In this document: in pieces, positions 52,797-61,116 of the stretch
Numbering within the stretch: position 1 is the stretch's first letter
How the letters are laid out: every line of letters begins with the position of its first letter
Assembly (NCBI GenBank): GCA_016932695.1
Contig: JAFGCH010000001.1
Span: forward strand, 22,420-86,419
DNA length: 64,000 nt
Origin: Acidimicrobiia bacterium
GTDB taxonomy: Bacteria > Actinomycetota > Acidimicrobiia > Spongiisociales > UBA11373
Direction of reading: 5' to 3'
Position numbers and translations under genes: made by a program
Notes under the pieces: generated by a model
The model's database searches: none
What the model saw: only the letters and a program-made list of their open reading frames with translations
What the model was told of the DNA's origin: nothing

Positions 52797-54533
52797 ATGC
52801 CCGCCGACCCTGCAACCTCCGGGGAGAGCGCCGCGGCCCCGCTGCTGATCCTCGGCGGGCACCGCTCCGGAACCTCCCTGGTCTCCGGCCTCTTCTGGCA
52901 TGCCGGCCTGCACATGGGGGAGCTGCTGCCCGGTGGGCCGGACAACCCCCGCGGCTTTTTTGAATCGGTGCAAGTCCTGGCGGCCCATCGGGCCCTGCTC
53001 GCCGCCCAGGAGCGCGACTGGACCTGCCCGCCGCACCGCCTGGACCCCCACACCTGTGATCTCGGCCCGCTGGCCGAGGTGATCCGCGACCTGGCCGCTC
53101 GGGGAAGGCCCTGGGGGGTGAAGGACCCGCGACTGCTCTTCCTGCTGCCCGCCTGGGTGGAGATCCTGCCGGCGATGCGCCTGATCGGCGTGCTGCGCCA
53201 TCCCGCCTCCGTGGCTGCCTCGCTCACGGCCCGCAACGGCTTCGCCCCCCCACATGCCCGCGCCGTAGCCGACGCCAATCTCACCCGCCTAGCCGCCCTG
53301 CAGCAGGCGCTCGGCTTCCCGGTGCTGGACTACGACGGCCCCGGGGAGGCCTTGCTCGCCGGGGCGCGTTCCGCTGCCCGGGCCATGGGGCTGGAGTGGG
53401 ACGAGGCTGCCGCCGCCGCTCTCTTCGACCCGGGGCTGCGCCATCAGGCCGCCCGCGGGCCCGGCGGGCCGGCCTACGACGCCCTTCTGGCGGCGGCGGC
53501 CGAGACGCCCGCCCTGAGCACCTACCAGGCCTGGGAGGTGGCCACCGCGTTGGCCGCCCTGCCCGATCGGGCAGACGAGGCGGTGCCCCTCGCCATCGGC
53601 CCGGCCTTCCTGCGGAGGCGGGCAGCCCTCTGGGGCTTCCGTGGCGAGTTCGGCCCGGAGTTGGGCAGAGTCCTCGAGGTGGCTCCCCCCGGAGCGCCGC
53701 GAGAGCCGCTTCTCGACGGAGTCGACCGCGCCGAGATCGACCTGGCGGTCGGGGAAGAGGAAGGCGAACAGAAGATCGCCGATCCCGTCGCCCGCTACAG
53801 CCATGTGCTGCTGACGGGCATCGCCGAGACCCTGGATCGGGTCGGCCTCACCGCCCTGCTCTCCCGGCTCGGCGCGGCGACTACCTCCGACGCCGTAGCG
53901 CTGTTCGACGACTTCGTCGTGGAGGGGATGACCCTGCCCCCGGTCAAGCGCTGGGGGCGGCTCAGCGCCACGACCTCCCGCCGCGGGCCTCTGCACCACC
54001 ACCACCTCGCCGAAATCGAAACGGCCGCCCTGGAAGCCGACTGGCTGGTGGGTGAGGTAGCCCTGAGCTCCGACGGCCGCAGCCGGGTGCGCCTGGTGAA
54101 ATCGGCCCAGCGCCGCTCCCCCGGCTGGGTGACCTCGGCCGAGCGCCGGGCCACGCTGGCGATCCGCGACGCCCAGATCGAGTCGGGGCAGCAGCGTATC
54201 GCCGAACTGCAGGCCCACATCAGCCGACTCGGGAGTGACGCCGAGAAAGCAGCCGCCGCCCACGCCGCCTCCATCGCGGCCGCCCAGGCCGAGGGTCGCG
54301 CCCGCCTCGAGCGGGAGCGACAGCGCAACCGGATGGCCTACGACGCCCTCCTCAAGGAGAACGCCGACATCCGGCACATGTACCACGAGAAGATCGGGGC
54401 GTTGAAGGACGAGGTGCGCCGGCTGCGCCGGCTGCGCAGCGTCCGCGGCTGGCTCGGTTTCCAGGCGCGCCGCTTGAGCCCCTCGCACGTGGCCGCGGCT
54501 TTCCGCCGGCGCCGCCACCCCCGGACGGGGTGA
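52797..54533 (+). CDS. Sulfotransferase domain protein with long C-terminal coiled-coil
   Basis: ATG after GGAGG. N-terminal PLLILGGHRSGTSLVSGLF is the PAPS P-loop-like motif. The C-terminal about 150 aa are heptad-rich (...AELQAHISRLGSDAEKAAAAHAASIAAAQAEGRARLERERQRN...). Confidence 0.65.
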   Translation: MPADPATSGESAAAPLLILGGHRSGTSLVSGLFWHAGLHMGELLPGGPDNPRGFFESVQVLAAHRALLAAQERDWTCPPHRLDPHTCDLGPLAEVIRDLAARGRPWGVKDPRLLFLLPAWVEILPAMRLIGVLRHPASVAASLTARNGFAPPHARAVADANLTRLAALQQALGFPVLDYDGPGEALLAGARSAARAMGLEWDEAAAAALFDPGLRHQAARGPGGPAYDALLAAAAETPALSTYQAWEVATALAALPDRADEAVPLAIGPAFLRRRAALWGFRGEFGPELGRVLEVAPPGAPREPLLDGVDRAEIDLAVGEEEGEQKIADPVARYSHVLLTGIAETLDRVGLTALLSRLGAATTSDAVALFDDFVVEGMTLPPVKRWGRLSATTSRRGPLHHHHLAEIETAALEADWLVGEVALSSDGRSRVRLVKSAQRRSPGWVTSAERRATLAIRDAQIESGQQRIAELQAHISRLGSDAEKAAAAHAASIAAAQAEGRARLERERQRNRMAYDALLKENADIRHMYHEKIGALKDEVRRLRRLRSVRGWLGFQARRLSPSHVAAAFRRRRHPRTG

Positions 54534-54537
54534 CGCC

Positions 54538-56658
54538 GTGGTCCGGCCGCCCGTCGACGTCATCATCCCCGTCTACAACGGCCATGCCGCCGTAGCGCGC
54601 TGCCTGGAGTCGGTGCTGGCTCATACCTCCGGCGAGGGGGTGCGCCTGGTGGTGGCCGACGACGCCAGCCCCGATCCCCGCCTTCCCGGTCTGCTCTCCT
54701 CCTTCGCCGCCCGCGACCCGCGCCTCACCGTCGTGCGCCGGGAACAGAATCTCGGCTTCGTGCGCAACTGCAACCTCGCTATGGAAGCCGCCTCGGGCGA
54801 CGTGGTCCTGCTCAACAGCGACACCGAGGTCCCCGCCGGCTGGCTGGAGCGCCTGCGTGCCCTGGCCCACTCGTCGGATCGAGTCGGATCGGTGACCCCT
54901 CTCTCCAACAACGCCACCATCTGCTCCGTCCCCCGGTGGCTGGAACCCAACTGCTACCCGCCGGGGGTCGACCTCGCCTTGCTCGACGAAGTGGCGCGCT
55001 CCTCCGGGACGGGTGAGTGGCTGGAGATCCCCACCTCGGTGGGTTTCTGCGTCTACTACCGGCGGGATGCCCTGGAGGCGGTCGGCTGCTTCGACGAAGA
55101 GCTCTTCGGCACCGGATACGGGGAGGAGAACGACCTCGCCTGCCGCATGCGGGAGCGCGGCTATCTGAACCTGCTCTGCGACGCCCTCTTCGTGTGGCAT
55201 GAGGGCGGGGTCTCCTTTGCCGAATCCGGCAGCGGCGACCTGGCGGGCAACCTGAGCCGTATCACGCAGCGCTGGCCGCGCTACCACGAGGTGGTACGCG
55301 GCTTCATCCAGCGCAACCCGCTGTGGGGGGTGCAGGCTCGCTTCGGCCTCGAACTGCTGCGCCGCACCAAGTCCGATCGGCGCCGGGTGCTCTACTTGGT
55401 TCACCATCGCCTCTGGGCGGGGATCATCGGAGGCACCGAGCTGCACCTCAGCGACCTCATCGAGAGCCTGGGAGAGTGCCTCGACCCGGTTGTGCTGAGC
55501 TTCGACGATTCCGGGAGGGGGACGGTGCAATGGCGTCCCGATGCCACCGCCCGGCTCGAGTTCCCCCTCGACCTGGGGAGCGCCCCCGACCCGGCCTCCT
55601 GGCTGGAGCGCCTGCTCGACGCCGGCATCGACCTGGTGCACTTCCAGCACACCATGCGGGCCCCCCTGCCGGTGGTCGGCGCCCTGCTCGAGGCCGCGGC
55701 GCACCGGCAGCTGCCGGTGGCCTGGACCCTGCACGACTACTTCCCCCTCTGCCCGGGCGCGCAACTACTCGACGCCGCCGACGGCACCCCATGCACCAGC
55801 CTGGGTGAGGGCCCGGCCTGTGCCGGCTGTGAGGACCAGGCCCGCCGTCTGGCCGGCTGCCTGGTAGCCGAGTGGCGCGACACCTACCGCAGCCTCCTGC
55901 AGCGAGCGGACCTCCTCATCACCCCGTCGGCCACCGCCCGCGAGATCATCCTCGGCTCGTTCCCGGAGCTGGCGCCCCGCCTGGTAGTACGGCCTCACGG
56001 AGTAGCCGACCCCGGGATTCTCCCTCTCCCCCACGGCCCGGCCCGCGGCCGCGTCGCCGTGCTGGGCTACGGGGGCCGCCACAAGGGGGACCGACTGCTG
56101 GGCGACGTCATCGACGCCCTCGAGGGCCGGCAGGTCACCTGGCACCTGTTCGGCCGGGAGCGGTTCGGAAACGGCTCGCGCCGCAACGTGGTCCTCCACG
56201 GCACATACCGCCGCGAGGATCTGCCCGGCCTGCTGGCTGCCGCCGAGATCGACCTGGTCCTGCTCCTCTCCCCCTGGGCGGAGACCTACTCGTACACCCT
56301 GTCGGAGGCCTGGCGGCTCGGCCTCCCCGTGGTGGGCTCCTCCTTGGGAGCCATCGGCGAGCGCCTCGCCTGCCTGGGCGGCGGGGTGACGGTGGACCCC
56401 TGGGACCCGGCGGCCGTGGCGGCCGCCGTCGGCCGCCTGCTCGACGACCCCCAGGCTATGGCCGCCCTCCGCTCCCAGGCAAGAGCGATCGGCCCCACCT
56501 TGCCTTCGCTGCAGGACATGGCCGACGACTACGCCGTCCTCTACGGCGCGCTCGCCCCCGAGAGGCGCTCGCCCGCCCCCCATCCCTTCCCCGTGGAGCC
56601 CGACCCGGGCGAGATGCAGGGCTGGATGGGCTCCTTCCGGTCGCCGCTGCGCTTCTGA
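54538..56658 (+). CDS. Bifunctional glycosyltransferase: N-terminal GT2 domain fused to C-terminal GT4 (group 1) domain
   Basis: VDVIIPVYNGHAAVARCLESV...RLVVADDASPD (GT2 with DxD). The C-terminal half has a GT4-type Rossmann fold (...EAWRLGLPVVGSSLGAIGERL...). Confidence 0.75.
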   Translation: MVRPPVDVIIPVYNGHAAVARCLESVLAHTSGEGVRLVVADDASPDPRLPGLLSSFAARDPRLTVVRREQNLGFVRNCNLAMEAASGDVVLLNSDTEVPAGWLERLRALAHSSDRVGSVTPLSNNATICSVPRWLEPNCYPPGVDLALLDEVARSSGTGEWLEIPTSVGFCVYYRRDALEAVGCFDEELFGTGYGEENDLACRMRERGYLNLLCDALFVWHEGGVSFAESGSGDLAGNLSRITQRWPRYHEVVRGFIQRNPLWGVQARFGLELLRRTKSDRRRVLYLVHHRLWAGIIGGTELHLSDLIESLGECLDPVVLSFDDSGRGTVQWRPDATARLEFPLDLGSAPDPASWLERLLDAGIDLVHFQHTMRAPLPVVGALLEAAAHRQLPVAWTLHDYFPLCPGAQLLDAADGTPCTSLGEGPACAGCEDQARRLAGCLVAEWRDTYRSLLQRADLLITPSATAREIILGSFPELAPRLVVRPHGVADPGILPLPHGPARGRVAVLGYGGRHKGDRLLGDVIDALEGRQVTWHLFGRERFGNGSRRNVVLHGTYRREDLPGLLAAAEIDLVLLLSPWAETYSYTLSEAWRLGLPVVGSSLGAIGERLACLGGGVTVDPWDPAAVAAAVGRLLDDPQAMAALRSQARAIGPTLPSLQDMADDYAVLYGALAPERRSPAPHPFPVEPDPGEMQGWMGSFRSPLRF

Positions 56659-56732
56659 GAGGCACCCGGCCGCCTTCGGCTACCCTCCGCCTCGTGCCCC
56701 TACCCGCCGCAACGGGAGGAGACCCCCTCCCG

Positions 56733-57725
56733 GTGGATGCCGACCTGCTGCGCCGCCGGCTGGCGGTGATGGCCGAGATGACTCATCTCCGCCGCTTCGT
56801 GGTCATCGGCCGCGGGAAGTCGGGGACGACCTGGCTGAGCCGCATCTTCCGCTCTCATCCGGAGGTCTTCCTGCGCGGCGAGCGCAAGCTGGTGGAGAAG
56901 ACCGCCGACTACACCCCGATCTTGCGCCACCTGCTCGACCCGGGGACGATGGCGGCATGGGGGGCGCACTCCTCCTTCCGTCTGGGGCTCCAGCCCGAAC
57001 GCATGGGCCCCGAGCTGTGGCGCCTGGTGGACGACTACCTCGCCGCCGCCACCCTCGTGGCCACGGGCACCGAGGTGACCGGGCTGACCCACCTCGGCGA
57101 CAAGCTGGCCCTGCTCCACCCGGAGGATGCCGCCGCCATCCTCCCCCACCTCGATCGCGCCTACCCCGGCTACCGGGCCATCCACATCGTGCGCGACGGA
57201 CGCGACGTCGCCGTCTCGGGTTTCTTCCATGTGTACCGCAACCGGGCGGCTGAGGGCGACGAGCCGTCGCCGCTGGTCCGCCGGGTGGAGAAGGTCTTGG
57301 AGGGAGGCGGTGGGAGGCTGTTCACCGATGAGCACCTCCGCTTCCGGGCACAGTCCTGGAACGACGTGACCACCGCCGTCGATGGCCTCCTGCGCCCGGC
57401 CTTGGGCGAGCGCTATCTGCTCCTGCGCTACGAGGACCTGCTGGCCGACACCCGGGCTTCCATCGAGCGCACCTTCGCGTTCGTAGGCGTCGGCTGCTCG
57501 CCCCAACTGGTGAGCGACATCCTCGAAGCCACTTCATTCAAGAAGATGTCCGGAGGCCGCCGGGCGGGCGAGCAGGACCCCAAGAGCGGGCGGCGCAAGG
57601 GCCAGGCAGGCGACTGGAAGAACTATTTCACCCCGCGCGACCGGGCCCTGTTCGCCGCCTTGGCCCAGCCCGCCCTCGAGCGCTTCGGCTACGAGCCCGA
57701 TGCCTCCTGGGCCGAGGCTCGCTGA
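56733..57725 (+). CDS. Sulfotransferase, Sulfotransfer_1 type
   Basis: VVIGRGKSGTTWLSRIF, IHIVRDGRDVAVS and RKGQAGDWKNYFT are all signature motifs. Start is GTG 56733 (after GGGAGGAG) or ATG 56769. Confidence 0.75.
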   Translation: MDADLLRRRLAVMAEMTHLRRFVVIGRGKSGTTWLSRIFRSHPEVFLRGERKLVEKTADYTPILRHLLDPGTMAAWGAHSSFRLGLQPERMGPELWRLVDDYLAAATLVATGTEVTGLTHLGDKLALLHPEDAAAILPHLDRAYPGYRAIHIVRDGRDVAVSGFFHVYRNRAAEGDEPSPLVRRVEKVLEGGGGRLFTDEHLRFRAQSWNDVTTAVDGLLRPALGERYLLLRYEDLLADTRASIERTFAFVGVGCSPQLVSDILEATSFKKMSGGRRAGEQDPKSGRRKGQAGDWKNYFTPRDRALFAALAQPALERFGYEPDASWAEAR

Positions 57726-57752
57726 GCCCGTCCGGCCCACCGCGCTCCCGTC

Positions 57753-59075
57753 TCACTCCCCGGCGCTCATCTCCTCCAAGTAGGTAGCGATCGAGGGCAG
57801 GCCGACCAGCTTGTCGTGGAAGAAGTTGTTCACCAGGTTGATCACCCGCTCGCGTGCCGCCTCCACCGCGGTGGAGCGAATCCCCCCCTGGCCCTCGCGG
57901 GTGAGGGTGTCGCGCAGTTGCAGGAGCAGGCGCACGATCTCCTCCTCCTCGGGGCCCTCCAGAGCGCGCAGCACGTCCAGGATGAGCGCGTCCACCTGCG
58001 CCAGCAGGGTGTCCAGGGAGATCGTGGAGCCCGGCTCGGCGGCCTCCTCCACAGTGCGCAGCACGGCGTGCACCTGGTAGAGCACGGCCGTCGGCTCGTC
58101 GAAGAGCTCGCGCAGGAAAGCGGCTTCCTCGTAGCGCCCGCTGAGGCGGAACACGTTGTACATGCGCTTGGCCGCCTTGCCGTAGTTGCGCGGCTCGTGA
58201 GCCACGTACTTGCGCACCTCGCGCTCGAGTTGGGCGACGTAGTCGGCGAGGGCGTCGGGAGACACGTGGCGCACCAGCTTGGAGAACACCGGCACCGACT
58301 CCGCCTCCAGGTAGACCTCCTGGAAGTAGGGGTCGAGGTAGCCATCGAGCGGGGTGATACTCCCGTCGGGAGCCTCCCAAGTGACGTCGAGCATGTTCGA
58401 GGCGTTGGCCACCTGACGGCGCACCGGGTCGGCCACCACCCAGTCGAGCTTGCACCACCCGGGGTCCGGGGCCACTTCGTCCCAGGTCACCTCCACCGCC
58501 TCACCCCCCGCCCCCTCTCCCGCCAGCCGCCCCGCCCGGATCTCGTCGGGCTTCCAGGCGATCGGCGTGCCCGCCCGGCAGAGACGCTCGCCGCGCCGCA
58601 GGTCCCGGGGGTAGTTGCCGAACTTCACCTCGATCAGCCGGTAGGTCTCGCCGGCGAGAGTGGCCAGGGCCTTCTCCCGCATCAGCTCGGCCAGTCGGCG
58701 GCAGGCTTCCTCCCGGGTGGGGGCGATGATGTTGACGCGCTCGAAGTAGTCGCAATCCCCCGGGTAGGTCTGGATCTTCGACTGCGCCGCCGACCCCGAC
58801 AGGGCCAGGGCGGTCTCCACCCCGGGAGCATCGTCGAAGCCCACCAGGCGGCCTACGGCCCGGAAATGGGCTAGATCCTCCGGGCTGAAGTCGAGCATGG
58901 AGACGCGGTGGCCGAACACTCCGGCGGCATGGTCCACCACCAACTCACCGCTGTCGGTGGCCGCCATCGCGCCCAGCCACTGCAGGGCGTCGGCCTCGTC
59001 CAACTCCACCCCGAGGCGACGCGCCGAAGTGAGGATGCGCTCGAGGTCGGCTCCGGGGGTGGGTTGCTGGGTCAT
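57753..59075 (-). CDS. Uncharacterised protein with Pol-beta-type nucleotidyltransferase signature and helical C-terminal half
   Basis: 440 aa. ALSGSAAQSKIQTYPGDCDYFERV fits hG[GS]-x(9-13)-DxD. The remainder is predicted helical. ATG overlaps the stop of the upstream exonuclease gene (ATGA). Confidence 0.4.
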   Translation of the reverse strand: MTQQPTPGADLERILTSARRLGVELDEADALQWLGAMAATDSGELVVDHAAGVFGHRVSMLDFSPEDLAHFRAVGRLVGFDDAPGVETALALSGSAAQSKIQTYPGDCDYFERVNIIAPTREEACRRLAELMREKALATLAGETYRLIEVKFGNYPRDLRRGERLCRAGTPIAWKPDEIRAGRLAGEGAGGEAVEVTWDEVAPDPGWCKLDWVVADPVRRQVANASNMLDVTWEAPDGSITPLDGYLDPYFQEVYLEAESVPVFSKLVRHVSPDALADYVAQLEREVRKYVAHEPRNYGKAAKRMYNVFRLSGRYEEAAFLRELFDEPTAVLYQVHAVLRTVEEAAEPGSTISLDTLLAQVDALILDVLRALEGPEEEEIVRLLLQLRDTLTREGQGGIRSTAVEAARERVINLVNNFFHDKLVGLPSIATYLEEMSAGE

Positions 59076-59653
59076 CTCATTCTCTCCTCGTAGGGGTCAC
59101 GGCTGGGGTTGGGGAGCACGGCCAGTAGACGGCGGAAGACCTCGGCCTGGATCAGGGCGTCCTGCAGGGCATGGTGGGGAAGTTCGGCGTGCAGGCTCAG
59201 GCGCCCGGCCACCGCGGCGAAAGAGGTGCGCTCCCACGGCTCCCCCGTCACCCCCATGTACAGGGCCTTGATGTCCAGCGCGCCATGGCCGAAGGGGTTG
59301 GGCACCCCGAAGCGCCGGAAGTAATCGGCCACGAACATCCAATCGAAGGAGGCGTTGAAGGCCACGAACACCGGGCGGCCGCCCGGGGGCGTCACCCCCT
59401 CCACCCAGGAGGCGAAGCGCGCCATGGCCTCTGCGGGGGCCAGGCCCTCCGCGGCCAGGCGATCGAGGCTGAGCCCGCTGATCGCCAGCGCCACTGGGTC
59501 GGCCTCACGCGTCGCCGGCTGCAGTTCGGCGTAGAACGTATGCCGGGGATCATGGACCAGGCAAGCGCCAAGGGAGAGCAGGGGGTAGACGCAGGGCGCC
59601 GGCCCGGCGGTTTCGACATCGACGGAGATGAACACCTCGGGCACGCCCGGCAC
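59072..59653 (-). CDS. DEDDh-family 3'-5' exonuclease (DnaQ-like)
   Basis: Exo I SVDVETAG, Exo II FNASFDWMF and Exo III HHALQDA, the last with His so it is DEDDh. 193 aa. Confidence 0.7.
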   Translation of the reverse strand: MPGVPEVFISVDVETAGPAPCVYPLLSLGACLVHDPRHTFYAELQPATREADPVALAISGLSLDRLAAEGLAPAEAMARFASWVEGVTPPGGRPVFVAFNASFDWMFVADYFRRFGVPNPFGHGALDIKALYMGVTGEPWERTSFAAVAGRLSLHAELPHHALQDALIQAEVFRRLLAVLPNPSRDPYEERMR

Positions 59654-59823
59654 CCTAGCCGGGGTGGGGGGGGAACCCCGCCCGTGCCGGCGGGCCCGCC
59701 ACCGGTGGTACGCCGAGGGCCAAACCGGAGGATTGGAGTAGTGGGCCGGCTGCGGCGCGGGCGGTGATGGCCCGGCCCCCCCCTCCCCCGGCGGATCGTG
59801 CCGGGCCGTGCAACCATGCGCCC

Positions 59824-61116
59824 ATGAGATGGTGCCTCTTGATGGTGCCCTTGGCGCTGATGGGCTGCGCCTCTCCTCCCCTCGCCGGGCCCGCCCCCGC
59901 CGAGCCGATGCGCCTGCTGGTCGCGGGCACGGTCGATCTCTCCGGGCCGGCCGCCACGGTGGCTCGAGCCGATACGGACGGTCTCTTCCGCGAGATTCGC
60001 CTGGCCGCCCGGCGGGCGGATGTAGCCGTGGTGGTCGCCGCTACCTCGGGGGCGGCGGATCTCCTGGCCGCCGCCGGCTTCACCGCCGTGGCTTGCCCCG
60101 ACGAGGCGGGGCCCTCCGCTCTCATGCCGGCCTCCCCCGCCGCGGCATCGGTGCGCCTGCGCTGTGCCACCGGCCGGGGACTCGACCCGGCCCCGGCGAC
60201 CGTAGCGCCGTGGGCGCCCACCCTGCTGGTCTCGGTGGCGCCGGCGCCCCCGGGGTTCGCCCCGCCCCAGGCCGATCTGGTGGTGACCTCGGCCGGCCCC
60301 TCACCTGCGGCTCGGGTCGTCGGCTTTCTGCCGGGACACCTGAGCCTGGTGGTCTCCGGTCTCGGCTCCTTGCTCTCCCCCGATCCCACCGCCCCCGGCG
60401 CCCTGCTCGAGGTGCTCGCCGATGCCGAAGGCGTGGTCGCCTACCGCCTGGGCCGGGTCGCCCACCACGACTTCCGGGTGCACTTCTCCGGATGGGACCT
60501 GCCTCGCGGTGACGCCGTCCTGCTGGACGGGGAATGGTGGACGCTGGCCCGACCGGCCGATCCCGCCCCGGTACGTCCCCCGCCCGACGGACTCGCCTTC
60601 ACCTACGGCGACCTGGTGGCGGCTGCAATCGGCGACGCCACCGGCGACGGCCTTCTCGACCTCGCCGCCTCCTACCGCCACCCCTTCCGCCCCAGCACCC
60701 TCAGCGAGGCCCGGCCCGGCGTGGTGGGCATGGACTCCTTAGGCCGCAGCGCCCACCTGGGGGTCTTCACCCTCTCGGGCGAAGCGCTGTGGGCGGCCGG
60801 GTACATCTGGCGGCCCGTGGGAGACCTGGCGGCCTGCGAGGGAGCGGTCGCCCTGGCCTATACCGGCCTCGACGACCCGGCCGTGGTGGCCACCGGCGCG
60901 GCCGTGTGGCAGGGGCTGAGCCTGGAAGCCGCCCCGGAGCTCCCCGGAAGCGGCCGTCCCGGCTGTGCCGACGTGGACGGGGACGGCCGCCAGGACCCGG
61001 TGATCCTGGGCCGCGCCGGATATCTCACGCGAACCGCTTCGGGGGACCATACTTGGCGCGACACCTCCCAGGGGGATCACCCATGCGCCCCTCCCGCCGT
61101 CTGCTCGCCGTCCTGA
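59824..61116 (+). CDS. Lipoprotein with CapA-like N-terminal region and FG-GAP/VCBS-like repeat
   Basis: MRWCLLMVPLALMGCASP (lipobox); ...CADVDGDGRQDPVILG is an FG-GAP-like Ca-binding loop. Its 3' end overlaps the next gene's start. Confidence 0.45.
   Translation: MRWCLLMVPLALMGCASPPLAGPAPAEPMRLLVAGTVDLSGPAATVARADTDGLFREIRLAARRADVAVVVAATSGAADLLAAAGFTAVACPDEAGPSALMPASPAAASVRLRCATGRGLDPAPATVAPWAPTLLVSVAPAPPGFAPPQADLVVTSAGPSPAARVVGFLPGHLSLVVSGLGSLLSPDPTAPGALLEVLADAEGVVAYRLGRVAHHDFRVHFSGWDLPRGDAVLLDGEWWTLARPADPAPVRPPPDGLAFTYGDLVAAAIGDATGDGLLDLAASYRHPFRPSTLSEARPGVVGMDSLGRSAHLGVFTLSGEALWAAGYIWRPVGDLAACEGAVALAYTGLDDPAVVATGAAVWQGLSLEAAPELPGSGRPGCADVDGDGRQDPVILGRAGYLTRTASGDHTWRDTSQGDHPCAPPAVCSPS

Noticed and set aside
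57753-59653. Calling the NTase-exonuclease pair a CBASS system outright
   Set aside because: No effector (phospholipase, TM, endonuclease, TIR or SAVED) or Cap2/Cap3-like gene is adjacent, and the NTase assignment rests on a single motif. It is reported only as a hypothesis.
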